NCBI RefSeq assembly: GCF_006345805.1
Contig: NC_043015.1
Coordinates: 24,614,001-24,678,000, forward strand
Origin: Octopus sinensis
Lineage: Eukaryota
Length of the DNA stretch: 64,000 bases
Direction of reading: 5' to 3'
Of the stretch, positions 11,687 through 25,104 are shown one piece after another. Numbering within the stretch: position 1 is the stretch's first letter; each line of letters opens with the position of its first letter. Position numbers and translations under genes: made by a program. The notes under the pieces are model-generated. The model was not told where the DNA came from. It was given only the letters and a program-made list of their open reading frames with translations, and did not search any database.

Positions 11687-13695
11687 GAAAGGCTGAAGAT
11701 AGTTGTGTGCAAAAGTGCTACACCCTAGCAGTGGAGGGAACCTGTGGAAGAGGTAGACCCAGGAAAACCTGGGACGAGGTGGTGAAGCACGACCTTCGAA
11801 CTTTAGGTCTCACTAAGGAAATGTCTAGAGACCGAGACCTATGGAAGTATGCTGTGCATGAGAAGACCCGGCAAGACTAGTCAGGCCATAACCCGTGGCC
11901 CCGACCTGGGACGTAGTCAGTCCTGTGCATACCTTCCTTCTTGTGACACTTATGAAGACCTGTTGAGGCAAGTGAAAATCAAATCAAATCAAAACAAATC
12001 AAAATAGATGAACATCAGTGGAATTGTATTCTTTGTGGTACCAGTGCCGGTGGCACACAAGAAAACCACCCAAACGTGGCCGTAACCAGTACCGCATCGA
12101 CTGGCCTCCGTGCTGTGGGCACAACAAACACCATCCGATCGTGGCCGTTCGCCAGCCTCATCTGGCACCTGTGCCGGTGGCACATAAAGACACCATCCGA
12201 AGACCCGGCGACGTAGTCAGTCCACCTGTGCATACCTTCCCTCTTATGACACTTGTGAAGACCTGTTGAGGCAAGTGTGTGACACTTGTGAAGACCTGTT
12301 GAGGCAAGTGAAAATCAAAAATCAAACCAAATCAAAATAGATGAATATCAATGGAATTTGTATCTTTGTGGTTCCAGTACCGGTGGCACACAAGAAAACC
12401 ATCCGAAGTGGCCGTAGCTGGTACCGCATCGACTGGCCTCCGTGCTGTGGGCACAACAAACACCATCTGATCGTGGCCGTTCGCCAGCCTCACCTGGCAC
12501 CTGTGTCGGTGGCACATAAAAACACCATCCAAAGACCCGGCGACGTAGTCAGTCCACCTGTGCATACCTTCCCTCTTATGACACTTGTGAAGACCTGTTG
12601 AGGCAGAGGCAAGTGTGTGACACTTGTGAAGACCTGTTGAGGCAGAGGCAAGTGTGTGACACTTGTGGAGACCTGTTGAGGCAAGTGTGTGACACGCGTG
12701 ACACTTGTGAAGACCTGTTGAGGCAAGTGAAAATCAAACCAAATCAAAATAGATGAACATCAATGGAATTTGTATCTTTGTGGTTCCAGTACCGGTGGCA
12801 CACAAGGACACGCGTGACACTTGTGAAGACCTGTTGAGGCAAGTGAAAATCAAACCAAATCAAAATAGATGAACATCAATGGAATTTGTATCTTTGTGGT
12901 TCCAGTGCCGGTGGCACACAAGAAAACCATCCGATCGTGGCCGTTCGCCAGCCACATCTGGCACCTGTGTCGGTGGCACATAAAGACACCATCCGAAGAC
13001 CCGGCGACGTAGACAGTCCACCTGTGCATACCTTCCTTCTTGTGACACTTGTGAAGACCTGTTGAGGCAAGTGACACTTGTGAAGACCTGTTGAGGCAAG
13101 TGAAAATCAAATCAAATCAAAACAAATCAAAATAGATGAGCATAAATGGAATTTGTATCTTTGTGGTACCAGTGCCGGTGGCACACAAGAAAATCATCCG
13201 AACGTGGCCGTAGCCAGTACCGCATAGACTGGCCTCCGTGCTTTGGGGACGTAACAAACACCATCCGATCGTGGCCGTCCGCCAGCCTCATCTGGCACCT
13301 GTGTCGGTGGCACATAAAAACACCATCCGAGCGTGGCCGTCTGCCAGCCTCGTCTGGCACCTGCCAGCCTCATCTGGCACCTGTGTCGGTGGCACATAAA
13401 AACACCATCCGAGCGTGGCCGTCTGCCAGCCTCGTCTGGCACCTGTGTCGGTGGCACATAAAAACACCATCCGAGCGTGGCCGTTCGCCAGCCTCGTCTG
13501 GCACCTGTGTCGGTGGCACATAAAATCACCCACTACACTCTCGGAGTGGTTGGCGTTAGGAAGGGCATCCAGCTGTAGAAACACTGCCAGATCTGACTGG
13601 CCTGGTGCAGCCTTCGGGCTCCCCAGACCCCAGTTGAACCGTCCAACCCATGCTAGCATGGAAAACGGACGCTAAATGATGATGATGATGATGAT
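11687..13695 (+). mobile_element. Young 5'-truncated RTE-clade LINE with tandemly amplified 3' UTR
   Basis: Intact C-terminus AEDSCVQKCYTLAVEGTCGRGRPRKTWDEVVKHDLRTLGLTKEMSRDRDLWKYAVHEKTRQD* (about 11696-11880). Followed by about 1.65 kb of nested UTR repeats, terminal cassette and (GAT)n; flanked by (TA)n on both sides. Confidence 0.9.
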
Positions 13696-14029
13696 ATATA
13701 TATATATATTATATATATATATATATATAATATATATATATATGTATATATATATATGTATATGTATGTATATGTATATATATATATGTATATGTATATA
13801 TATATGTATATGTGTGTGTGTGTGTGTGTGTGCATACACACACACACTCAGAAATATATATACAAACAATATCTATGATGATACAAACAGATACACGTTT
13901 ACTTCGAGTTGCTGTTTTTCGTAGGAATGTTCTTCTAGTATTCCTTATTCTCAAAAGTTTGAATGCATTTTGGTTCTGGTGTGCCCTTTGTCTATCCCTG
14001 AAGATAATCCTTCCTTCGTTTAGTAGTAC

Positions 14030-14980
14030 AAATGATTATATCAACCCTATCATGTCTGATAGGGAACTCATATGTTGTGGACATTTTTGGACAGCTGATG
14101 ATGATACAAGAAATATTTTGCACAAATACCATCTATGGCAGCATGGAGGACTAGAGCCATTCCTATCTCTCTTATTCATCAGATATTCAGTAGTTATCCC
14201 TTGTTCTTGGATAGCCTTCAAGATGAGATAATATGTATTTATTGCGAGTCTGAGAGTGGCTATTATTCCAGTCCAGGTTGTTTGTATTGTCTAGCTGGTT
14301 GGATATGTAGCAATTCATAACTTTCTGATGTTATGTTGAGTATTTCTCTATCAAGTCTCCGTTTAGATAAGTCAGTTCAACTTGCTTTGCTTCACAAGGA
14401 ACAGCTGGGTCCTCAGAATAACTCTTTAGCTAATCTCATGTTATTAACTTCACTGTTAAGCATACTTGTAATCTACTTGTTTCTGTCTTTAGTGTTCACT
14501 CAGTGTTGTCCATGTGACACAATGCAGCACTTCAACACCTTCTGGACTGACTTCATGCTTCTTTGCTTCTATTCTTCTCATTTACCACAAATCTTGTCAG
14601 AAACACAGATGATGTAGAAGTTCCCATTCATTGTTAGTATCTTCCGACCACTGATGTCCATGTTGCTGATTCCTTTAAGTGTCCAATCTAACATCTTGGA
14701 CAGTGTAGAAACATTATGGGAGATGAATTTATTGAAAGCAAATAATTCTGACTCCAATCTGTTTCAAAGTCCTCTAGAGTATTCTTCTGTCACTCTTGCT
14801 TCACTCACAGCACCTGTATAAGCGATATTCTCATTAACTCTAAAGCATTTGTAGCATTGGCCACAGGTGTTATGGGACACAGCCAGGTTATTAATATCCA
14901 TATTCCTTGTCTGGTTGACAATCTTCCCCAATTTGACAGCCAAATAGAAATAATTATTCTGACTCAACTCCATTCCTGTG
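14030..14980 (-). mobile_element. Decayed R4/Dong-like (RLE-type) LINE fragment, RT thumb to zinc-knuckle region
   Basis: Minus-strand pieces GMELSQNNYFYLAVKLGKIV, LESELFAFNKFISHN, LDWTLKGISNMDISGRKILTMNGNF and KAIQEQGITTEYLMNKRDRN parallel the plus-strand copy at 15250-17225. Confidence 0.75.
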
Positions 14981-15249
14981 TCCTGTCAGAATTTTGTGAT
15001 TAGTTTTAATTGTCTCCAGGTGTTATAAATATTTCAGGTTTACAAATGAAGTTCATCAATAAAAGAAGATGTGGTTACCATAAATGTTTTCTCTTTCCCA
15101 GACTCTATTATGTAGACTTTACATTTCTTTAACCAAAATATAAACACACACACACACAGCCTTCTTCACACAGACACATATTTTATGAAGAACTTCAGGT
15201 TCAGTTCCACTGTTTGGCACCTTGAACAAGTGTTTCCCACTACACTTCA

Positions 15250-17225
15250 AGGTTGACTAAATCCTTATGGATACATTTGGGAGATGAAAAATGAACAAAA
15301 CAATAGTATTGCAGAGGCATATTCCAAGGGAACAGTCTCTCTGTGATGCTATTTATCCTTTCTGTAAACCCCTTGTCATTCATGTTAAGGAAGTCTGAAG
15401 GATATCTCACTTGTTCACAAGGAAGCAGAAATACCAAAACTACACACTGTTTCTTTGTAGATGATTTGAAACTTTATGCAAAGAATATGCATGAGATGAA
15501 AAAGAGCCCTGACCTAGTTACAACATTCTCAAGGGATGTAGGTTGGGATTTTGGTCAGGATAAATGTCGCTATATGGCTGTGTAAGCCAGACTAGCAACA
15601 TCTCCATCAATGACTTAAATGTTTCCTCTAAATCTGACGACGAATGTTACAGGTATCTAGGGGTGCATGAAAACATCTTACAGTCACACCTATAACAAAA
15701 CATGTATCACTAAAGAATATTACAGCCAAATAAAGAAAATTTGAACTTTGGAACTCGCTGCATTCAATAAAAGTGTCCCACAATGTGTTTGCAGTGCTAA
15801 TCCTCATACCAATATTTGGGCTGCTTGATTCGACACTTGATGAGGTCTGATCCATTGATGAGAAAACCAAAAAAATATGGACAAGCAGACATAATTTCCA
15901 CATAAACAGTGACGAAAACCGACTCTCCCTAAAACAAAAACAAACCAGCAGAGGCTTAATGTTAAACCAAACTGCCCTTGAATGTTGTATCATATCTCTT
16001 CAGCAACATCTTTTAACCCCAAAGTGTCAAAGTGCATCCTTTGACCAAGCTTGCATTCATGAGGCTGGTAACATCATAAGACTTGGAAGGTAGATAACCT
16101 AGAACACATGCTTAAAGAAGTTGCCTGACTCTACCACAACGTATCATCAGAGGAAAGGAAGAGCGTATATGAGCAGAAGACTATGAATGGACATGTTAGT
16201 AGAAAGCTCTAAGATGATAGTAGCATTGATCATCAAAAACAGTTTATCGTGGACCTAACAACCAGATTACTACCTCACATTTTGAAGGGTATGTGTATGC
16301 AATTCAAGAGCAAGAAATATCAACTAAATACCTGATTAACAAAAGGGACAGAAATGCAGGAAAAGCAATAAAATGTGACCACCAATGCAGACTGTAGAGT
16401 TAACACCAAAGATATCATCACCCACATAATAATCAATTGTCTGGAAATGTCATCACGGTATTACCTGCTGATGAGACATGATATTGTAGCTAGGATGCTG
16501 TGTAACGGGATCCACCATGAGGATAACCCCCAAGGACAAATAAATAAGAATGCATGGTATGACAGAAGCCATAGATTCTCAATATAAAAAGGTGTACTGG
16601 TGGAATGTCCCAGTGAAGATCTCGATAAAATGTAAGTTCAACAGACCTAATATAATCCTTTCTACTATAAGAACAAAGCCTGAAATTTTGGAGGAAGTGG
16701 AAAATCGATTAGATCGATCCCACCCCAGTACTCAACAGGTACTTACTTTATTGACCGCGAAAGGATGAAAGGCAAAGTCAAACTCAGCGGAATTTAAATT
16801 CAGAATGGAGCAATATGCATAAACCTGGTATAATATGTGACAGAGAAGAGAAACTGTATAGTTGTGGAGATTAACTTCCCAGCGGATGTTAACATAAAAC
16901 TGAAGATCAGTGAAAAAGAGAATACCTATTCTGAACTATTGAAAAATCTGCAGTTACTCTATGCAGATTACAAGTTCAGGTTTATGCCTATAATTGTTGG
17001 GACTCTTGAATATGTAACACACTGCCAAAATACCAATGTTCAGAAATTAGGTTTCTCAAAATCAGAAAGGAGAAAGTTAATTCAAAGACTACAGATCCAA
17101 GCCATTACTGGTGCAGTAAAAATCTGGAGAACTTACCAGAATGTTATCATCTAATATATCTGAACATTTCTAGATATACAAGTATATGCATGAGAATGCA
17201 TACATAAAACAAAATATATGAATCT
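15250..17225 (+). mobile_element. Decayed R4/Dong-like LINE (RT, CCHC region and restriction-like endonuclease)
   Basis: RGIFQGNSLS, HCFFVDDLKLYA (RT core), YRYLGVHEN, GYVYAIQEQEISTKYL, LMRHDIVA, RPNII, PIIVGTL; many stops and frameshifts. Confidence 0.9.
16657..16828 (-). mobile_element. SINE family C inserted into the R4/Dong endonuclease motif
   Basis: Splits the RP(D)II...CIVVEI region; tataat is duplicated at 16651-16656 and 16829-16834. Confidence 0.8.
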
Positions 17226-17238
17226 GCATGCATATATG

Positions 17239-17277
<39 letters not shown>

Positions 17278-18430
17278 ATGATATATATATATAGGGTTCT
17301 CCATCTGAGATTCTATGGGTGAATAGATGCATACACTTGCGTGTATTCATCAACAGCTCTGCCAACACACCAACTCAACAATATATTTGCAAACACCAGG
17401 AGCTCTCGTAACACAAAAAGTCATGTCACTTTGTTAGCGACCATCTTGAACTCTCTAAAGAACTTAAAACACAAAGAAAAATCCGTATGAGCAAATGTTT
17501 GTATGTAAATATATGAGAGAGAAAAGATAAGAAATGTAATTAAAATTGTGCTAGTAATACAAGAATTTTGAGAACAATGTATTAAATATGAAACTTAAGA
17601 TACAAGAAATATTCTCATATCAGTGTTATAAGAATTTTTAAATATTGTATGAAACTAAAAGGAAGTAATTAAATCTTGCTGCTTTTAAAATTGATGTGAT
17701 TAGTCACTTGTGATGCTAAAAGCACTTTAAGGAATAAATATTGATATATTTATTGATGTAACAACAAACTTTTCTACGATGCTTCAGAATTCAGAAAATG
17801 CCATTTCTATAAAGAAGCATACATGCACGTGTGTGTGTGTGTGTGTGCGTGTGCGTGTGTGTGTGTGTGGTGTGAGTGTGTGTGTGCGTGTGCATGTGCG
17901 CGTGTGTGTGTGTGTCAGTGTGTGTGGGTGTGTGCACTTCGTCCATCTCCCCACCATCAATTTAACATCCGTTTTTCCATGACTGCATGGATCCAATGAA
18001 ATTTATTGAAGTAAATTTCCTATGGCCCAATGCCCTTCCTCTCACCAATCCTCACCTGTTTCCACTCAACATATTTCCCAGGACCAGACATGTTGTTCAC
18101 GGGGGACTCAAAATGAATGGCATTGGGTGTAAGACAGTTACACTCCTTTACAACAATCACATGACCTCAAAACAAGAGGATAAACACACACAACATACAC
18201 ATATACATACATGCAACACACACAGACACACACACAGCAGATGTAGATAGAGATATAAATCAAAGCCATGTCCTTATGAAGCACATCTGCTTATTCTGGA
18301 ACTCCAAAATTGTAAGAAGATGTTGTAACTGTGTGAGGCATAAGAGTTGAAAAATACTGTAAAATAGTATTTGATGAGTAATTACATATTAAAAGAGGTT
18401 AATTAGAAAAAGAATTATGCATTATTTATT

Positions 18431-18643
18431 CACCATTACACATGTGTTTCATTTGCTGATAGGAATTACAAAATTGTACATGGAGGAGAAACATGTAAGA
18501 TATCTCCTATTTGGAATTCTTCAGTGAGAGAATAAAATAATATTAGTTGCATTATTTGATTTCTAAAAGGACATATCTTACATGTTTCTCATACATGTAC
18601 AATTTTGCATCACTTATAAGCAAATGAAACACATGTGATGGTG
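18431..18643. mobile_element. Foldback/MITE-like element with about 87-bp inverted arms
   Basis: 18431-18518 pairs with 18558-18643 (caccattacacatgtgtttcatttgc... versus ...gcaaatgaaacacatgtgatggtg); no clear TSD. Confidence 0.75.
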
Positions 18644-18892
18644 TGTGTATTTCTGTGTGTATATCCATAGATACTCGTGAAATTTGTTTTGACTGGGATT
18701 TCAATTTCTGAATGCTTAATTGAACCAATAAAGAAAATTATATTTTTTAATATTTATAGAGAGAAAGAAACAAACAGAAAATTTCATTCTAAGACAAGAG
18801 CTTTATGATAATAATTTACAACTTCAAAAGTAATTCTAAAATAAAGACAAAAATAATGAGTGTTTTTTGTCCTGTATTATTATTACACTTGC

Positions 18893-18949
<57 letters not shown>

Positions 18950-18987
18950 GTAATAATAATAATAATAACGATGATAATAATAATGAT

Positions 18988-19537
18988 GATGCAGTACCAG
19001 GCAGTGGTTCTCATGGCTTCTGATCTTGACTGACTGGAAGTGTTATCATGTACATCTTTTTGTCTTGGTAAAAAATATGGGCTACAGTAAATATTCTGCT
19101 CAATACCACAGATTTGCTTGTCACTTGGTTGACCTTAACCAGTAGAGCATGTCCCTTAGTCATTGACGATATGTGCATATATGCATCTCTGATCATGAGC
19201 AGAAGTAGTGGGGGAGTATCATAGACATGTGTTGAGAGAAATTCTTTGGGGTTTGGATAATTCACCTTTGGAAATATGGGTGGTTTGTCTAACATTCTTA
19301 AACATCCTTTATTCCTTTTGAGCAGGATGGGCAACTCGATCTGAAGAAAATTTTAATTGGGCTCAACCTGCAAAGTATGCACTGTTTAACTTGATACAAG
19401 ATCACTATGTTGTGCATATATGGTTGTGATGCATGTGCCTGGTGTACCCTTATCAGACAGGTAGTCATGATGGTTATACTGTGCTTCGTATATTTTACTC
19501 CAGTGTCACTTTGATGGCATGCACTGGTCTCTCACTC
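18988..19537 (+). mobile_element. Family D element
   Basis: Aligns to 5446-6130, lacks the first few bases, flanked by (AAT)n on both sides. Confidence 0.9.
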
Positions 19538-19550
19538 AATAATAATAATG

Positions 19551-19639
<89 letters not shown>

Positions 19640-19640
<1 letters not shown>

Positions 19641-20797
19641 TTGTCAACTGGTCAATTACTGAAATATGTCAGCTCGATAGAAAAATAAGGAAACTGTTGA
19701 CAATGCATAGAATGCACCACCCTAAGGCAGATACAGAACGACTCTATCTGCCAAGAAAAGAGGGAGGCCGTGGTCTTTTGCAACTGGCAATAACAATGAA
19801 GATTGCTACAATTGGCCTAGACACCTACCTGAAAAACTCAGAGGACTGGATGTTAAAACTTGTCTCAAAACATGAAAACAAGAAAGCATCATACTCAGTC
19901 ACAAAACAGGCAAAGGAATATCTAAGTGAATTCCGAATACAACCAATTTCGGAATTAGAGATAGACATACAAGAAACAAACACAGAAAAAGCTAGGCGCA
20001 TGAAAACCCGTGCCAAAACTGCAGCCTTAGATATTCTGAATAATAAATGGCAAGAAAAACCTCTCTATGGCAAATACCCAAAGAGAGCGAATAATGCAGA
20101 TATCGACAAAGCACAATATATTCACTGGGTAATTTGCAAAAACCTGGATTTGCCCCATGAAAAAAACTGGTGGGAACACAATCCACCTCCTGTGCTTGAA
20201 AATGACCACATCTCACTCCTCTGGAACTTCACCATTCAAACTGACAGGAAGATAGATGCAAATAGGCCAGACATCATATTGAAAGACTTCAGACAAAGAA
20301 CATGCCTCCTCATGACTGTCCCAATCGATATAAACGTATCTGTCAAGACCTACCAAAAACTGAGCAAATATAAAGATCTTGAAATAGAAATCAGCAAAAT
20401 GTGGAAGCTGAAGACTAAAACAATACCTGTTGTCATAGGTGCCCTGGGAATGATAGCGAAAGGGACTGATTGCTACCTAACTCAGATACCAGGAAACCCC
20501 AAAATGGCAGAAATTCAAAAGATAGTGCTCATAGGAACTGCTCATATCCTACGCAAAATACTCTCTATATAATCCCAAGGTTTAAAACAAACTTTTTTTT
20601 AATTTTTTATTTTTATTTATTTTAATTTTTTTGTTTATTTTTTTATTTTTATGTATTAGACATTCACTAGTACAACACCAAAAAAAAAAAAAAAAACCCC
20701 AAATATATGGCACAGAACTTCTAACCTGTTGTCTCTTGAGGTCTCTGGGTGAGACTTGAAGCCAACTTGTACAGACATAAAGCAAAAGTCAAACATA

Positions 20798-20798
<1 letters not shown>
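19640..20798 (+). mobile_element. 5'-truncated R4/Dong-like LINE with open C-terminal frame and 3' UTR, inside (AAT)n
   Basis: DRKIRKLLTMHRMHHPKADTERLYLPRKEGGRGL, WNFTIQTDRKIDANRPDIILKD, KLSKYKDL, IPVVIGALG, IQKIVLIGTAHILRKILSI*; stop at 20572; the UTR ends at gaataataat. Confidence 0.92.
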
Positions 20799-20860
<62 letters not shown>

Positions 20861-20912
20861 GAAGAAGAAGAAGAAGAAGAAGAAGAAGAAGAAGAAGAAG
20901 AAGATGATGATG

Positions 20913-21125
20913 ATAATCCTTTGTATAAAAGGCTTGAAATTTTCTGGGAAAGGGTTAGGTGGTTAGATCAACTCCAGTGCATAACTGGTACTTCTTTAAT
21001 TGACCTCAAAAGATGAAAGGAAAAGTGAACCACATCAGAATTTGAACTCAGAACTTAAAGACAGATGAAATACTACCAGGTACTTAGTCTAGCATGCTAA
21101 TGTTTCAGCTCATTCATTGCCTTAA
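20913..21125 (-). mobile_element. SINE family C
   Basis: Reverse complement of the family C head, core and tail. Confidence 0.75.
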
Positions 21126-21149
21126 TGACAAAATGACAACTACAACAAC

Positions 21150-21345
21150 AACATAAGACTAGGACTTATGAATATTTACATACCATACAGAAAATAGCGC
21201 TACCAGGCACTGTGGACACCCCCTACGTAAAGCACTTTCAATATAGTGCAAATAGGAGCCCCACAACAAACCACAGCTCATACCCAGGGCACACCAAGCT
21301 GCACTCGGTAGTGCAGTGAAATCTTATGATCCAAATGAGAACTCT
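21150..21345 (+). mobile_element. Short 3' terminal fragment of an R4/Dong-like LINE
   Basis: IQKIALPGTVDT resembles the terminal IQKIxLxGTAHILRK motif; followed by a UTR ending gaataatagtaataat. Confidence 0.6.
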
Positions 21346-22060
21346 GAATAATAGTAATAATAACTTGTTTTGTATTTCATGGTAATCAGGTTTCTCATTT
21401 TGCATTCCTTTATGTTAGAAATGTGAGAAACACGTGCTGGGAAGTGATCGAGGAGGCAAAAAGGAAAATAAAATCTTTTCATATAAAAGTCCTGAATATT
21501 TTTACAGCTTCCTAATGAGTAAAAGACTAAACAACTGAAAACAACACCATTATTTACTTACTTCAAATAAATTTGAAATAACGTTCTGCTCTTGATACTA
21601 TATAAACCATCTTGTGTCGTTTATGTCTGTGTATTGTAAAATATCTCCAACAAAAAAAGTTAAACTCCTCATTTATATAGTTCTTTGGCAATTCCAGAAT
21701 TTTATTAGATAATATCAGATTGATTTGTATAAATATAACAGGGGTCACATAGTTTCCCTTATAAATGGAAAGGTAATTACTATACAAAGTACTGCTTTCT
21801 TCTAGTGTCTTATTATTATGTTGGCCATTAGATATATGAGATAATGATAAATTGTTTTGAATAATTGCATTTTTATTTTCTTCCATCTGCATATGTGTGT
21901 GTGTGTGTGCGCGTGTGTGTGTATATTCATACATAAAAATTTACGTATTGACTCATCTATCTTTCCATTTCTCTTTTTTTATATAGATTATATATATGTG
22001 TGTGTGTGTTCCTAAGTATATAAGAAGAGATGGAATTATAATATACACAAAGAAAAACAT

Positions 22061-22095
<35 letters not shown>

Positions 22096-22619
22096 CTTAT
22101 ATACAAACACATATATATGCTAACATACGAAAATGTTCATATACGTATTTATATATATCTCTTTCTCTCATTATCATACACAAATATATATGCATACCCA
22201 CTTACACACACACACACAAATATGCATATACATACATACACATACATGCACACGCATATGCATACACACACTTCTTCCACCCCGAAACTGTTCTTATCTC
22301 CCATTTTACTTACGACTGTCAACTCACTAAAGTTCATAATATTCGACTGACAAACACGAATAAACAAAACAGAGTGATTTGCTTTTTATTTTGTCCTGTT
22401 TAGTTTATATATTGTTGTTGTTTGTTGTGGGAGTCTTTTGTTTTGGGAGTGTGTGTTTGTGTATGCGTGCATGTGTGTGTGTGTTTGTGTGTGTTAGTGG
22501 AAGTTTGATGAAAGCCAAAGTAATAAACTACATCGAATATGATTTACACCAAGATAAATTTTTTTTAAATGAAAGAGTAATTTGATGTTTGGGTTTTGTT
22601 TTTCAATTTGTTGTTATTT

Positions 22620-22644
22620 GTTGTTGATATTGTTGTTGTTGTTG

Positions 22645-22700
<56 letters not shown>

Positions 22701-22873
22701 GCAATGTGCTTTTTGTTTATTTCTTTTGTTTCAACAATGTAAAAACAAAAACAAAGATTCATTTCCTTATATTTCTAAAAATTGAACATCTATTAGTTAT
22801 AAATATCATTTATTATTATCATCATTTATTACTATGATTATTATTACTATTGTTGTTGTTATTATCATTATCC

Positions 22874-22927
<54 letters not shown>

Positions 22928-23098
22928 GTTGTTGTTGTTGTTGTTGTTGTTATTATTATTATCCTTTATTATTATTATCCTTTCATCCTTTCGGGGTCGA
23001 TTAAATAAGTACCAGTTATGCACTGGGGTCGATGTAATCGACTTAATCCGTTTGTCTGTCCTTGTTTGTCCCCTCTGTGTTTAGCCCCTTGTGGGTAG

Positions 23099-23163
<65 letters not shown>

Positions 23164-23172
23164 TATTATTAT

Positions 23173-23230
<58 letters not shown>

Positions 23231-23330
23231 TATTATTTAGAGGGTGGCTGATTGGCATAATTGTTAGTTGGACAAAATGTGTTGCAGTGTTTTCTTCTGG
23301 CTCTCATAAAATATGAGTTCAAATTCCACC
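22620..23330. repeat. (TTA)n/(TTG)n complex with embedded SINE family C pieces
   Basis: A SINE core/tail at about 22985-23110 and a separate degraded head at about 23235-23330 lie within TTA tracts. Confidence 0.8.
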
Positions 23331-25104
23331 CCTACCTGTTCTCAAGCCAGGTAATAGTTCTCTTGGGCCAGATGTGCTTTTCACAGAAGAATGAAAATGA
23401 ATGAAAGAATGACAGAATAGCATTAGTTTGTAGCCATGATGGGATATCAGCATAAAGTCACACAAACACACACACATGATGTGCTTCATTCAGTTTCCAT
23501 ATACAAATTACACTCAAAACTTTTTCAAAATATTTGAACTCAGAATTAACATATTTTCCAGAATACAAGTTAACGTAGAATATAGTGTAAGTATTCTAAC
23601 ATTACTACAATCTTCTCAAAATTCTGCATCGTTTCACATGGAAATTTTGGTCCTTCAAATCAACCTACCATTTTTGCACGTAAATTTTGGTTTCAAAAAT
23701 CTCACTTGTATATCAAAAATATGGTTGTGACAGAGAGGTCAATTGTCCAACATGTTAACCTGTAATTCATGGACAAGTCAACAAGGGAGTTTTAATGTGA
23801 TCCCTTAATCTGCTAGAATCAGTAGCTAATTCCTCTATGAGTCATATTTTCCACCTTAAAGAATGGAAATAGTATCTAAAAATACTGTAGTCTTTGGTAA
23901 CCTGTGAGTTAAAAAAGAAGTGAAGACTTTTTTTGGAACGATTATTTTGGAATTCTTTTGATCTTTGATCTGCTCAATAAAGTTAAACAAAAATAACATG
24001 AACATCTTTGCCAAAATAATTCCAAATCCAAAATAAACAGTCACTGAATTTCTCATTCAGCTTAATTCTTTCACAATCTTAGTCGAGCATAATGGTTATT
24101 AAATTTTAAACCACATTATTCAATGAATACCTGGAAAAACTTTGTTATGCATCAATTTTGGTTAAAGTATTTCTACATGACAAGAATGCACCGAATGCTT
24201 TTTCAAAAAGATAAAGGTGCAATAGATGAAAGATAACAGTTGTATGCCAAAACTGATGCAAGAAATGAAGGTCAGGAAGAACTATTGTTGGAACTAATTT
24301 GGTTTTTATGTAATCAGATTGGCAAGGAATGATGACTTTGGCAATGTCTATAGTAAACAATGTTAGATTTGGTCAAAATTCTGTAAAGTAAAGGATGTTT
24401 GGTGTATATTGATTTCAAATTTTGGCACAAGGCCAGCTATTTTGGTGCAGTGGTAGGGGTAGGGTTAGATTACATCAACCCCAGTGGAATTCCAACTCAG
24501 AAGGTAAATGCAGATGAAATGTTGGTAAGCATTTTGCTCAATGTGGTTACGATTCTGTTGCTTTCTTTAACATTATTTGATGTAAGATATTCAGAGAAAT
24601 TTAAAACTGCAGTGAGTTTATGTATGTGTGTATGAGGTCCAGAGATGTATAACAAGAAAGCAGAAAATTCACACACACACATATAAACATACTGTATGGC
24701 AGCAGATGAGGGTTTTTGTTTTGCAATTCATGTTTGCATTCACTTTTAATTCCTTCCCATTCTTGAGTCATTTGGTTGTCCTTCGCTCAATTAATTTGTA
24801 TGTCCCACAACGGGGTGAGGAGGGGGTCTCCACAGTTGGTTACTTGTTTTGTTTCTTGTTCAAATGTGAATCTCGCCTTTGTTAGGAGTCATTTGAGGTT
24901 CAGTGGCTGTCTTCCACTGTTGATAATTTGTGATTTTTTAATTATTTATTGGAGATTTGGAGATTGATGTAGGATCAGGAGGTATTTGTTGGCTGAGTAC
25001 AGGCTGTTGTGGTTTCTAGGATTGTGGGTAACTACAAACAGAATATTTGTATTTGTATTTTCATGTATGTGTGTGTGTATATATATATATAGTATATGAT
25101 GATG

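Noticed and set aside
11989-13675. Overlapping GC-rich ORFs with repeated MCHRHRCQ / PPALVP motifs; superficial CRISPR-like periodicity
   Set aside because: They lie in the RTE 3' UTR tandem repeats after the ORF2 stop. The units are contiguous with no unique spacers and there are no cas genes.
21561-21596. Minus-strand 36-bp micro-exon candidate (YQEQNVISNLFE) before a perfect gtaagt
   Set aside because: Weak acceptor, no recognisable peptide and no linked exons; expected by chance in 64 kb.
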